Source of the DNA: Callorhinchus milii | Taxonomy: Eukaryota | NCBI RefSeq assembly: GCF_018977255.1 | Contig: NW_024704742.1 | Span: 115,570,001 to 115,634,000 of the forward strand | DNA length: 64,000 nt | Direction: 5' to 3' | Translations under genes and position numbers: made by a program | Shown: positions 25,626-38,943 of the stretch, one piece after another | Position numbering within the stretch: position 1 is the first letter of the stretch | How the letters are laid out: the number at the start of each line of letters is the position of its first letter | The notes under the pieces: model-generated | What the model was told of the DNA's origin: nothing | The model's database searches: none | What the model saw: only the letters and a program-made list of their open reading frames with translations

Positions 25626-27989
25626 CTTTCACGTTCAATGCCACCACCTTTCCACCACCATCTTTGGAATTGCTGCCTGTGGAGACCTGGTATTGGAGTG
25701 TTGTTTCCTGGAATGTTGTCTTAACTCAACCAGCACTGTTTATCACATTGCAAGTCACATTTTTCACCTTCAAAAAAATCCTCACAATTTGAATTTCCAG
25801 GCCCTTGTGCGGTTGGCTCTTCATTGAAGAGTGAGGCAAAATAAGGTGCATTATGCATTATTACTAGAAATGCATTTAACAGCTATTGAGTGAATTTTAA
25901 AGGGATTTTATTTAAGGTTATTGTTTCAACAAGTTTCTGCCTTTTTGAACCGTTCTTTGAATACAGGATTTGATTGTTTTATTTGGCTTCCACTTGGTCA
26001 CGCTTAGTACAAGTGTATTCATTAACAACTAGAACAAAGGGGCATAACATGCTATAAATATTAGGGTGCATGAACTGAAGTGCTTGATATTAATCTCAAC
26101 CTCTCTTAAGACCCCAGGATTTCTGGATATCATTTAACTAGCTACACTATCTCTTATCATCTGGTGATTATTAACTTAAACAATTTTAATTTTCTTTTGG
26201 CTATATTTTAGTATTGAGTGAGCTCAGGAAAAATGTGTTTTTTGTATAGTTTTGTTACAGATGATAACAATAAAGGGAACAAAACCCTCTATTATTCAAA
26301 TGCAGTGCCATAAGAATATAAAAAATATTCAGCCCTTCAACCCTGCTCCACCACTTTACTAGATCATGGCTGATCTGCAACTTAATACAATTTCCCTGCC
26401 CTTTCACCATATCCCTTGATACACCGCCAGCCAAATATTCATCTAACTCTGTCTTAGAGATTTCAGTTGACTTGACATCTACCACCTTTGGAATAATAAT
26501 AATCCTTGCATTTGATATAGGCCATTATCATGTTATTGAGACGTCTCAAAGGACTTCACAGAATATATTGTAAAGTGAATTGACTCTATATTTTGTGGGC
26601 GAAATGCAGCAGCTAGTTGCAAGCAGTGGTGGATAGAATACATTGCCATAACCCTTTGTGTGAAAAAAATATTATTTCACTCTTAACTGGTTTAGATCTA
26701 ATGCCCATGGTCCAGAGTACAAATTATAGTTATCCTGACTCATTGCAAACACTGCTCATATGAAAAATAATCAGTATATAAGGATCAATATTCAGTATAT
26801 TTATACACAGATTAATTTTAACATCAATTAATCAAAACAATTAGAATTTCCCAATAGTTTTACAAAATTTTTCACACTCCACCATTCTGTGTTTCCCCCA
26901 GCTTGGTTTCTGCCTTCCTCTATGTCGTAACTCATTATGTTTCCTGTTTCTGACTTTCTATTTTGTTTAGTTTTTTTTAATATTCTTTGACACGTTAACA
27001 TAAAATATTCCTTTATGAAGCTTAAAGCTGTTTAGAGCATTTATATAACATATTTTTTGGAGAATGACAGTAGTCCTTATTCAACCTTACTGTCACATCC
27101 ACTCCTGTCTGTGCACTCTGGCCTATATGTTTTCCTGCCACAGAAGTCCTGGCCAATAAATCCCCCAGATAAAACTGGTCATTCACTTCACTGATGTTTG
27201 TGGGTCATTGTTGTGCACAAATTGGCTGCCATATATGACTTTACAGTTCAGTCAAAGCACTTTACAGTAAATCCTGTGAAGCGCTTTGAGCTGCCCAGCT
27301 GATATGAAAGGAGCTATATCAAATTCAAGGATTATTATTATTATTATTATCATTTTTATTATTAAGTGACTCCTGATGGAAAATGAACATGTGTGGAGAT
27401 AGAGTAAAGACTGCATGAGCCTCAACTGCGGTGTCCCCAGTTAGGTTCCCGGTGGAGGAACAAATCAGAATGATTCGTTATATACACTGCTCATAAGCAG
27501 CACCTTTAGGAATAGGAGGGGAAAAGAGATGAGAGAATTGGAGAGAAACAAAAATTAAACAGAACAACGTTCTGTTTAATTTTTGGCACCAGTAAGGAAT
27601 ATTAAAGGAAGTGTATGAAAATTTAAAGACAAAATACAGAAATGTTTCACATAAAAAGATAAACAAAGAAGGAAGGTAGGATTAAAAGATCTCTCCAGTG
27701 CTATTTCTGACACCTGTATACATGCATTGGCTATGCTATTCATCACAAGCAACAAAAGAAAGTTACCAAAAGAAATGATAATTGACTTAGTAGATGTGAG
27801 ATGTATCTGGTTAAATTGGGGGGACACCTGTTACTCCTTATGTGCAAACACCATTGTTTTTCCCTCATTAAAGTTTAGAATATAACATTGCAAAGTAGTA
27901 GAATAATACTATCAAACAACAGTAATAGCACTGACACAATGAATGGGACAACAAAACATCAGAAAGTACGTATTCCAATAACAACAACT

Positions 27990-28085
27990 AATATTTATAT
28001 TTATAATTATTTATATTTATTTATATTTATAATTATATTTATATTTATAATAACTGCAGATTTATATATATTTTCTTATTTATGT
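27990..28085. repeat. AT-rich low-complexity (TTTATA)n tract
   Basis: Directly visible, just inside the intron after the third coding exon. Confidence 0.8.
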
Positions 28086-28146
28086 ATCTATTTGGCTGTA
28101 TCTTTAAAGATACAGGTGTTTCAGGTTTCTAGAGCTAGTTTCTTAC

Positions 28147-28321
28147 TGTGTGAATTGGGGCCTCCATCCATGACTCCGTGCTTAATCTTCATATGCCGTG
28201 TAAGGTTTCCCTTCAGGGTGAATTTGCTGGGGCAGTAAATGCATTTGAATGGTTTGTTGTCAGAGTGCAGGTGCATGTGTCCCATCAAATTGTGCATTCG
28301 GTTAAACTCCTTTCCGCACAG
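28147..28321 (-). CDS. ZNF366: ZNF366 third coding exon (fingers 10-11); absent from the ORF track
   Basis: Acceptor cattaacag|CTG. Manual translation gives LCGKEFNRMHNLMGHMHLHSDNKPFKCIYCPSKFTLKGNLTRHMKIKHGVMDGGPNSH. Donor CACA|GTAAGA. Length 175 nt, ending in phase 1. Confidence 0.92.
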
Positions 28322-30809
28322 CTGTTAATGCAAACAAATAAACACTTTTAATTGCATTCATTCGTTGCCTTTTTTTCAAGAAAAGACCAACAATTTCTGG
28401 TAAACTTCCAATGTATACTAATCCCTCAGGAAAATCTCAGGGCCTTAACCAGTAGTTTGGGATGCTATACACCACAAGCTATCATTATGTTTGTGTCTAA
28501 AACATGAATCTGACATTATCTTAGTTTGGTTAAACTGCAGAGGTTTATAGGATATTGTACCCCATCCTCATTTACAAGTTGCTCTCTTATAACATAAAGT
28601 ACTTAACTAAATCATAGTTTTCCTCAGAGGATGTAATTGATAAATAGATTGTTCTCTTATCACACGACTCTTTCAAGAAAACATGCTTGGCTCTATTGGA
28701 AAAATTCTATTGAATTTCAACCAAAATGCTGTGTGCTTTACTCATGTTACATCCACAACAGGTTAGTAAAGGTAAGTGTTGACCAAATTGAACATGAGCA
28801 TATAAATAGTGTGTGATCTTCATCACTGAAATAATAGGTGAATACGTGAAGGAAGATTTTCACTTCCAAGCTTCAAATATATTGTCATGACTGCACTTTC
28901 CTCCTCCCTATCTACTTATTGTTTTGAAATAAAACACTCATCATTTTACCTGATCTTCCAGCTTATTCTTTCCCATATCTCAAGACTGTGGAATTCATCA
29001 TTTCCCTCAGGCTTCTCTTCAATCTGTGTGCACCTAAACTGCAAGTTAGCTTAACAATTTCTTCTTCACTAATCTGATCTTTCTCTGCTACTCAACCTTT
29101 GATGATGTACAATACTATAAGACTTATCCCTTCATGTAGGTTTCTGAATCCTAACACAAACTCCAGTCAGTTACAGACATTTAATACGCATATGATGTGC
29201 ATTAGGAAAATCAAGTGGCTACAAGAAGAATGAAAAACATCAATGGAGCTCAGCCTTAATTAGAACTTTTGACAATGTTAGTTTTGTGAAAAGCCAATGT
29301 CTTCCCAGTGATGGAATACCATGGCCTTGGTTAGAAAGAGACAACTCATGTTTTGCTCCTTGGTTTAGTCCAGTGTAAAAATCTGCATATTGTGAGCATG
29401 ATGTGGCTGTGACTATTATATGTTAAAGTTCACCTTCTACAATCATAGAAAGATGATTACTATCCTCCACAATATCATAACTGGGGAAACAGCACTGAGG
29501 AAACTGGTACTTAACTCAGATCTCTGGTTTATGCCAGAAACACAACAGCTATTGATCTACACATGAATACATACATAATGCCACCAGAAAAGCTTGGCAC
29601 ATCCCTCTTGTGTCTCTTCCAGACAATGAGACTGCCTGAGGTTTAAAAATAAAGTTAACCATCACTGCTCAAACCAAGGTTAGTGGTAAATACATTGGAT
29701 ACAATCTGTTGTCTGTTAGTATCCAACTTAATTTCATTTAATCTTTCTGTCCTTTCGAACAGTTACCATTTCATGAGACATTCACCCTTCTTTGTGTGTA
29801 TCATACACTGATCACTGGCAACAATCAATGTTTCATCTTATAATTATGAAGATTACCATTATGAAGATGTAATAAATTGTACGTTGATTCCTATTGTTAG
29901 GCACCAGAATATGATAGGCCACCCTAGGTTTTGGTTGCCCCTTGTTATTAGTCCTCCTTGTATAAAGGGATTTATTAAGGATAATAAAACATGAACCGGA
30001 TATTTGAAATGTACGAGGCACAATGTTTTGCATTACTCCACGTGTATTTCAGTTAAAGGCTAAGTTATGACGCTTCTCAAAAGTGCCATTTCGGTTGTGT
30101 TTAAAATTGCTGTAATGATTAAAATTACAAGTTGCCAATACCAAGAAAGTCTTTGAGGAGGTACTGAGAGGAAACAGGCACGTCCCTAAATGAGAGAGAT
30201 AACAGGGTGAGTCACCATTTGTTGCTCTTGAGCACCTCCTACTGGTGGGCTAAAGAGTTACCTCTACAGGGATCAAATAGATACAGTCGTCCAACCAGAA
30301 AATTATGTGACAAGCAATGAGAATAAACCGAAAGGGGGAAATTATTAGGGAGAAACTTTTTTTTAAGAGTATTATAATCTAAAACATTGATAAATCTTGC
30401 CTGCTGTTTTCCAAGTTTCCCATCGTAAACAATCTAACAACGTCAGTAAATAAAAGTATTAATAGTTAAGATATTATTTCAAACAGTCAGAAATCCTATT
30501 TGAATTGGTATGACTTTGTCAGCTACAAGCAACAGATTTTTTTTGTCATGAGGAAACCCATCACCATGCTTAAGAGTATCCAAACCAGATTGCTAGTTCC
30601 ATTCATGTGACTTACACTTGGAAATTCCTGTGTTTGGAATGGAATGTGCAATCTCTTCCTGGAGGGATGTATCTTGTTACCTAATTCCAGAGAATATTGG
30701 CAAGAGTTAAAGCTTGGGGATGCTAGAGTATTTATTGGGGTACTGCTGGAATTTAACCAGATAACACCACAGTGATTGCCATTGAAAGCAATTATTTGAC
30801 AAGCTTCCT

Positions 30810-31134
30810 GGAGGCCTGTAGCTCAGTGGTTAGAGCACTCGCCTTCTTGCAAGTGAGAGACCTGAGTTCAATTCCAGGCAGGGCGAAACCTTGGGCAAGT
30901 TTCCTTACTCCACATGCCTAATAATAATCCCTCCAAAAACCAAAAACAATAATAAATTGGTCATTTTCAATCTACGACTGTTTGTGGGACATTGCTGTGC
31001 GCAATTGGCTGCTGCGTTCGCCCACAAATATACAGTCAATTCACTTTACAGTGTGTTCTGTGAAGCGCTTTGGGACGTCCTCCCGACGTGAAAAGCGCTA
31101 TATCAAATGCAAGGATTATTATTATTATTACTAC
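30810..31134 (+). mobile_element. tRNA-derived SINE, young short subfamily
   Basis: Full head-to-tail copy. Confidence 0.9.
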
Positions 31135-34088
31135 TAATCCAACTGGGACTGCCCTATCCATGTAGGGTTAACAGGACCTGAGTGGGAAGAATCTCTGCCC
31201 CCAATGTCTGGTCTGGCATTCCAAGTCCTACTGATAAGAGGCTGCCTGGTCTGTCATCAGTAATACCCTGGAGTACTGCAGACCTGCCTGGCTCAGGAAC
31301 CAGATGACCAAGACCTCCATAGAGGATTGACTTGATTCTAACCCTAATCCCATCACTAAGCATGTCATCTTGGAGCCAGTTCAGCTCCCATCTATCTCCC
31401 TCAAGGAGAACACCTTCCCAGCAACCAGAACATTTGGCTGAATATAGTCTTAAATCCCCAAATTAAAGTCTCTGACACTGGGGAGTTATGAAACAATGTT
31501 GCTTTCCATACTATACATTCTTTTCACAAGATTTCCGAGTTCTCAAAGAGAGAGGGAGCAGGTCTGTAAACTTTCCAAAAGGACCGTGAGAAAACAGGAA
31601 GTTTTAGGAAGTACAAGAGAAAGCGAGATGAAATCTATTTGCAGAAAGTTCCCTGGAGACATGAAAACTATTGTTAAGCAAGCAGTCAGTGCAGCAATAT
31701 CCTTCCTTCTGCTGAAGAGGAGCTTCATGCCAAAATGCATCTATCTGGTCACTGCTTTAACCCTCTACCAGCCGAGGTCAGACACAAATTTTAGGTTCAA
31801 GTCTTTGGTTATTTAGTCAGCTGATCGCACTTCCTTTCTTGTCTTGATCATGAAATTATATTTTAGTTGCCAACATTGCATAGATATATATATTATGTAG
31901 ATATTATAAAACTAGCAAAGTCTGAGCAAGGATGTTATTAACCCTCTGAATTCTGGGCATCTTTCACATCTTATAAATTACATATTTTAAATTATGCACA
32001 TATTCAAAACTTATTTTACCACACAGCACTGTTGCTGAATAATACTCCAGAAGGCCAAATTGCAGAAATGCGAAGAATGTGAATTATTATTAGTATTGTC
32101 ATATTCAAAGATGCTGCATTCTTGTTAAATGAAATCTCAATCTGGTGCATTTTAAGGATTACAATGCTATGCTGTCACACGTAAAATATATTTTATAAAC
32201 AAGAAACAAAATAAAACTATAAATAGTCCACAACATGTTCCTCTTGATGTAATCATTTTAAAATTTCAAGGTCTTTTCCTGACTTGCCCTCCACTGCTCT
32301 ACTTGAGATTTCCCTTCTACTGATGAAGGTTATACATGAAATATTAATCTTTTTTTGATGAGTAGGTCTGACACTTCACCAAGTTTAAGAGTTTTGCATA
32401 TGTATGCCACCCCTATGCTTGAAAATGTCCCCGTTTCTAGAATGGAATTGGACCTTCTCTCCCTGTAGGGATGTACCCTTCATATCTAATTTCAGAGAAT
32501 ATTAGGTGCAAGTTGGCAAGAGCCTAGTATTAGGGACCCAGATGGTGCTTTGAGGTACTGCTAGATTTTAATCAACTAAAACTGCATAGCTTGCCATAGA
32601 GATCACTGTCTGGCAAGCTTCCCATTGTCCAGCTCTCAATCACTATGCAGAGATGACAGGAATTAGGAAGATGATAGGATCAGGCTTGAATTTGATGTGG
32701 GAGAGGGAGTTGAACAGCTTGCTGACAATCACTGTTCAAGGTTCACACTGGTCAATTGTGCAAAGAACAAGGAAGGTGGAAGAAAATCGGAGGAGAAACA
32801 AAATCCAGTTCTTGTGTTCTAGGTGGATCTCATTTGTCTACAATGTAGACTATAAGACCTACATAGTTGTGCTAGGTTTCTTGGGTGCTCATAGCTCATT
32901 CTATGCATGTGAAAGAGAATTGACTCATTTTCCTCATGGTTTCAAGATCTTTTGAGATCTTGGGATGATTTGAGAGCATACAAATTGTTCTTACCATTTA
33001 CATTTACAAATGTAATGCTAAGAGTTAAACATCTCAAGTGTATCTCTGCTTCATGATCAGTTCTAAGGCTTATATTCCCTGAAGGAATGTCCCTCTGGCT
33101 TTACATTGTTCCTTTCACTTATTTGATTCACCCCTAGGGTAGCTAGAAGATTGTAAATGAATGATACCACCCTTATTCTGGCTGTCCTTCTTCACTGAGT
33201 AGTCCAGGTTACCATCACAGTGACTTCCTTTTGCTACATTCAGTTGTAATTGTTTATTACTTAATGGAAATATATTCTGGGAAACAATCCTTCTTTGAAA
33301 ACAATGTTGATAGTTTGTTTTCAGCATCCACAAATGTTTGAAGGAATGCACTCCACAGCCTATCTGAGTGAGCGGGAACAAGATTTTGGAAACAAAAACT
33401 TATGTGGCTTAAGATTTTAAAGATTATGTGAAAAATGCTCTGATAAAAGATTTCAACACATAAAAGACAAGCTGCGGTATGGACAGCATGTCTTGCAATA
33501 TACTGAGTTTTGAGTGCCTCGCAATAAACAAGCTTTGCACATATGAGCAATAAGTCCACTAGACCTTTGATTTGTATCTGTATTTCATATGTTTATATCA
33601 TCAGCGCATCACAGACAACAGATACAACTCACAGAAACAAATTTACTTTGAGCAAATGTAACTAGAATCTATTATGCAACTTGTTTTATACATTGGCATT
33701 ACATATGTTCCTGTTAATATACCTCACACACTGGATTTCTCCAGTCAATTTTCTAAGTTTCAAAAGTGGTTGGAACAATTGCAAAGCTCCAAACTATAGC
33801 AAACTAGGGAGAGAACCGGAAGATCAAATTAGTTAGAATATTGCCAATAACCACCACCACAACAACAACAACTTGCACTTATATAGCGCCCTCCATGCAG
33901 GGTAGAGTCTCAGCAAAGCTATTGAATATTAAATACTATGAAATTGCTTTATTGTCATAGAATATTGCAATATTCATATCAAATCACTGCATATTTTCAT
34001 ATCAAATTACTGCAGCTTCACAAATGAAGGAAAGATTGTAGAAATGTCATGTTTATTAGCAAGATCCTGACAATCAGTAAGTACAAAC

Positions 34089-34280
34089 CTTGCATTTGAA
34101 AGGCTTGATGTCAGAGTGCACAATCATATGCGCTTTTAATGTTTGTTTCTGCACAAAGCTCTTGAAGCACAGGTGGCACTGGTAAGCTCGGATGTTGGTG
34201 TGGATGAGAACATGACGCTTCATGTTTGCCAGCAGCGTGAACTCACGCCCGCAGATTCCACACTTATGTTCCTTCACACC
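34089..34280 (-). CDS. ZNF366: ZNF366 second coding exon (fingers 8-9 and start of finger 10)
   Basis: Acceptor ttttgttttcctggtaccag|GGT. Encodes GVKEHKCGICGREFTLLANMKRHVLIH...HSDIKPFKCK. Donor AAG|GTTTGT. Length 192 nt, in frame with the previous exon. Confidence 0.93.
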
Positions 34281-36889
34281 CTGGTACCAGGAAAACAAAA
34301 GTGAACAATTAAAAACCACAAAGAATAGGAATTCTCCCTATATTCTCTCTCTCCAACATCACATTCAAGCCTGACCCTGGCATCTCCCTAATCCCTGTCA
34401 TCTTTGCGTTGTCTTTTATATGTGTTGAAATCTTCATCGGATCTTGCAGTCATTTTAGGTGCATGTTACAGTCATGGTACAGCATGGATTCCCCCCAACA
34501 TGGAGGGCGCTATATAAATGCAAGTTGTTGTTGCTGTTGTTGTTGGTTCATAAGATCAAATAGAAGAAATGGGTAAAGAAAGTTCTTTGTCCCATTTGAT
34601 CCCATTTTTCTATTATATCCACCTTATCAACTTACCATTAAAGCATCAAACTGTTTCTTAAATAAATCTAGTGTCCTGGCCTCTACCACGATTCCTGGTA
34701 ACCTGTCCCAGTAGTCACAAATAATATTAATAATAATCTTTACATTTGATGAACGCCTTTCACATTGGGAGGACGTTCCAAAGCGCTTCACAGGTTACAG
34801 TGACAGTTTGTTTCATGGCGTGTGTGAGCAAAATAAGGCATGAAACGCAGAGATAATTATTGTTTTTAAGGTGCATAAGAAATAATAGTCTTAGAAAAAG
34901 TCTAGAAACCAAAATCAATTAGGTAAAAATTGTGGGATTCCTAAAGATATTCTGGTTTTTTTAGGAAGATGTTGTGGAAAACCAGCAGGTGGCTCCCTCT
35001 GCAGGTGTATTTATCCTGAGGTAGACAATCTGATTTTGTCAATTTTAGAATTTATGGGTCTACATCAAACTATATGTGGTTGTTTTTGCTCATTATTACT
35101 TGTACTAAAACCCAGAAACAATCTGTAGAACTGATAACCACTCCAACACAGTACGACTTAATAATTCAGGTACCATGTACAATAAAGTTATTTAGTAGTT
35201 GATCATCAATTCCTTATACACTGATTTATGAAAGAAATTCTCCCCCGCCCCCACCACCACCCGCCCTTGCTTGGCGTCCAACTGTATCTGTAAAGTGCTC
35301 CGAGACGTGAAGGTCATTATATAAATTGACATCGTTGCTAAAAAAATCTTTGGATTTCATGCAATATCTGTAACGTTTAAACATCTCAAAGAGCTTCACA
35401 GGGAAGTCCTGTAAACTAAAGTGACTGTTTACATGTGAGAAAAGTGGAGTCAATTTGCTCAGAACAATGTCCCACAAACAGCAATGAAGTGAAGACACAT
35501 TTTATCTGGCCAGAACACTGGGAGAACACCCTTTTCACTTTGAATAGTATAACACTGTGAACTCAGGGGCCTGAACCCACAAAGCATATTAGCATTAAAC
35601 CAACAGCATTGAACTCTACAAAAGCATAAATCAGTATCTTATAAAACAAGTCTCAAATCAGTGCAGTAAATTCCAGTATCAATGTGTTAATATTTAAATT
35701 CAAAACACAGTATGAAATTTGGCAGAAGAATAAAGAGAAGGAATAAGAAAAGAACATTCTACCCTTACATATTCTGCCTTTTAAGACCATATTCAAGCTC
35801 TGCACAGATAATGAGACAGAGGAGTGCAATTTTGATGGATATTTCTACTGCTTCACTCTTCCATATATTCATAAGAATAATTATCGTGCAATGTTAATGC
35901 AGAACATGGAAGTTACAGTAAAAAGTAACACTGTTTTCAGACATCTCATTTACATTTGCTTTGTCTTCCTGCTATGTACCTACCAGGATGCAACATTCTT
36001 TCCATCTACCAAACATATAGGCACCCTTTATATCCTGTCCTTTCAGCTAACCTCCTCATCTGATTCTTTTGTCACTAGTAAAAGCCTTGGGCCTTTCCTC
36101 AGCCTTTTTACAGTATCTCCCAATCTGAAACGTGCTGTGTAATATTCGTAATAATCCTTGCATCTAGTATAGCACCTTTCACGTCAGGAGGACGACCCAA
36201 AGTTTTGCAGGATTTACTGTGAAGTAGAATGGCTGTGTGCTTGTAAATATGTGTAAATTGCTCTAGAGGCTGAACTGTGCTCACCTCAAGGAGATTATCT
36301 AAGTGAGAGAGTGGATCTCTTCCTGCTACCCAATGCTTGGACAAGAAACAATATCCAATGGAGATCCCTGTAAGTTGCGTCTTCTTGAATTGAATAATCT
36401 TGTGTTTTTGGAGACTTTCTCACGGAAGATGGAATGACTGGGGTAAAGGTGTACCAGGGAAGTTTTAATGTATTCTGGTGAACTCTCCTACACATTGTAA
36501 ATAATTTGAAAGTATCAGGAGACTCAAACTGCTCCGGTGAATGTCAATCCAACCCAGCTCACACCACATGGCTATAAACATATAAGCTTGTTCTTAGTTA
36601 CATGTATTAGTTGCAACAATTAGTTGGTCATTTTGAAGGAAATACACTTCGATAATAATAAGCCTTCCATTTGACTTGGTGTCTATCATGTTGAAATGTC
36701 TCAAAGCACTTCAGAGATGTAGAATGAAGTGGCTATATTTGTAGGAGAAGACAGCAGTCAATTTTTTCCACAGCAATGTCCTATAGACAAACAGCTGTGA
36801 AGTGTGAAGCTATATCAAATGCAAGGATTATAAGTGAATGACCAATTTATATGGGAGAATTGTTGTGTAGGATCCTGGGAGAAATATGT

Positions 36890-37206
36890 GGAGTCCTGTA
36901 GCTCAGTGGTTAGAGCATTCGCTTTGCAAGCGAGAGACCTGAGTTCAATTCCAGGCAGGGCGAAACCTTGGGCAAGTTTCCTTACTCCACACACCTAATA
37001 ATAATCCCTCCAAAACCAAAAACAATAATAAATTGGTCATTTTCAATCTACGACTGTTTGTGGGACATTGCTGTGCGCAATTGGCTGCTGCGTTCGCCCA
37101 CAAATATACGGCCAATTCACTTTACAGTGTGTTCTGTGAAGCGCTTTGGGACGTCCTCCCGACGTGAAAAGCGCTATATTAAATGCAAGGATTATTATTA
37201 TTATTA
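36890..37206 (+). mobile_element. tRNA-derived SINE, young short subfamily, inserted into an older DeuSINE-like copy
   Basis: Full copy. The flanks GGGAGAAA and CCTTCTGTTTTCAAATGATCTT continue the older element. Confidence 0.88.
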
Positions 37207-37481
37207 TCCTTCTGTTTTCAAATGATCTTCAACCTGAGTGTTAACTAAGCCTGTGAGCGTAAAGGCCCAACGTGGGGCTTGAACCCACACCAGGTGAGGG
37301 AATGCTACTAACTGAGCCAAGCTGTCACCTTAATGGATATGCACTAACATTGTTTCAATTTCTGCCACTAAATATGGGAAGAACTTTGAAATATGATCAC
37401 TTTTTAAAACATAAATGATCATGAAATAATGATAATTCTCTGTGTTTCCTGTACTTAGCTGGGTTCATAACTACAACTTGC

Positions 37482-37775
37482 ATTTAAATAAAGTCCTTCA
37501 CATAGGATATAGTCTCGGAGTGCTTTACAGAGCCGGTGTCAGATGTTGAGCAAGTTACAAGGGGAGGAAGAGTGACCATAGATGTGATTAAGGAGATAGA
37601 TTGCAGGTGGTATTTAAAGAAAGATAGAGAAGGAATGAAATACAGTGTAGAAGGGAGGGAGTTCCAGAGGGTGAGGGCATCATTGCTGAAGGTTCGGCCA
37701 TCGAATTGGCGGGAGGTGGGAGGTGGAGTGGGTTGTGCAGCAGAACCACATTTGCTGAGTGCAGGGAGCAAGTAC
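37482..37775 (-). mobile_element. Old L2 3' fragment
   Basis: GRTFSNDALTLWNSLP motif and an L2-like tail. Confidence 0.65.
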
Positions 37776-38024
37776 ACCAACCATAGTCTCTTAAATGAAT
37801 TATGTTACACAAATTAGGATCAGAAAGGAAATACAGTCATTGTGAGTTTGTATTAATGAGAACTGAAACTCTTCTATGTAAACACAGGGCCAATTTGGTG
37901 GATATCAAAATAACAATGAGAAATGAAGCCTGTCATATTTTCAATAGAACAATGTGAAATGCAGTCACTGATGATGTGAGATTTATTACCAGTGCAAATG
38001 ATCACATGAAAAACATTGCATGTT

Positions 38025-38397
38025 TAATAATAATAATCCTTGCATTTGATATAGCGCCTTATCATGTCATTGAAACTTCTGAAAGCGCTTCCTGGAATAT
38101 ACAGTAAAGTGAATTGACTGTATATTTTGTGAGTGAAACATGGCAGCCAATTGTGCACAGCAGTGTCCCACAAACAGTCGTGGATTGAGTTGATTACTAT
38201 TATTATTTTTTTGAAGGGATTATTATCCCCAGAAAGCAATCAACCAATTGACGAACAACCAGGTTCCTAATTACTGTTAGATAAACAGAGGTGTGTGGAC
38301 TAAAGAAACTAAACTAAGGTTTTGCCCTGCCCAAGAATTTAATCTGAGTCCTCTCATTCGCAAGGCAAGTGCTCTAACCAATGTGCTACAGGAGTCC
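38025..38397 (-). mobile_element. SINE, long subfamily, full length
   Basis: Reverse complement runs from the tRNA head to the (TAT)n tail. Confidence 0.85.
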
Positions 38398-38774
38398 ATC
38401 AATGTTTCACACCAATGTTTTAAACAGGCCAATTAAAATGTATTTTTTTTATAATTGTGAATATCACCAGATTGGCCCCCAGTTTACAGGATTAGTCTTC
38501 TCCCTCAAGAAAAGAAAAAAAAGAAGACTTGAGAACAGTCATGTGAAAACACATGATCAGATGAGATTCAGATGAAGAAGTTGGTTTGCTGATTTGATCT
38601 CATCTGTCCTTCCAACTGTCATCTCATTACAGCATCAAGTGATTTCTTAAAAGAATCCAGTGTCCTGGCCTCAAATCACTTTTCTTGATCGTCAGTTTGA
38701 ATCATTAATCACCCTCTGAGTAAAGAAATACTTTTTGATAAACAAAACGTAAAATACTGCAGATGCTGGAAATC

Positions 38775-38943
38775 TGAAACAAAAACAGAAGTCACTGGGA
38801 GCAGTCAGCAGGTCAGGCAGCATCTATGGAAAGTGAGTCAACATTTCAGGTTATGAACAAGCATGAACGTTGACTCACTTTCCTTTCTCCATAGATGCTG
38901 CCTGACCTGCTGAGTGTTCCCAGCGACTTCTGTTTTTGTTTCA
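38775..38943. repeat. Palindromic (foldback) element with arms of about 75 bp
   Basis: TGAAACAAAAACAGAAGTC...CAGCAGGTCAGGCAGCATCTATGGA...AAAGTGAGTCAAC is the reverse complement of GTTGACTCACTTT...TCCATAGATGCTGCCTGACCTGCTG...GACTTCTGTTTTTGTTTCA. Confidence 0.85.

Noticed and set aside
32320..32341. CTGATGA...GAAA hammerhead-like core
   Set aside because: Stem II is imperfect, and no stem III or NUH cleavage partner is visible.
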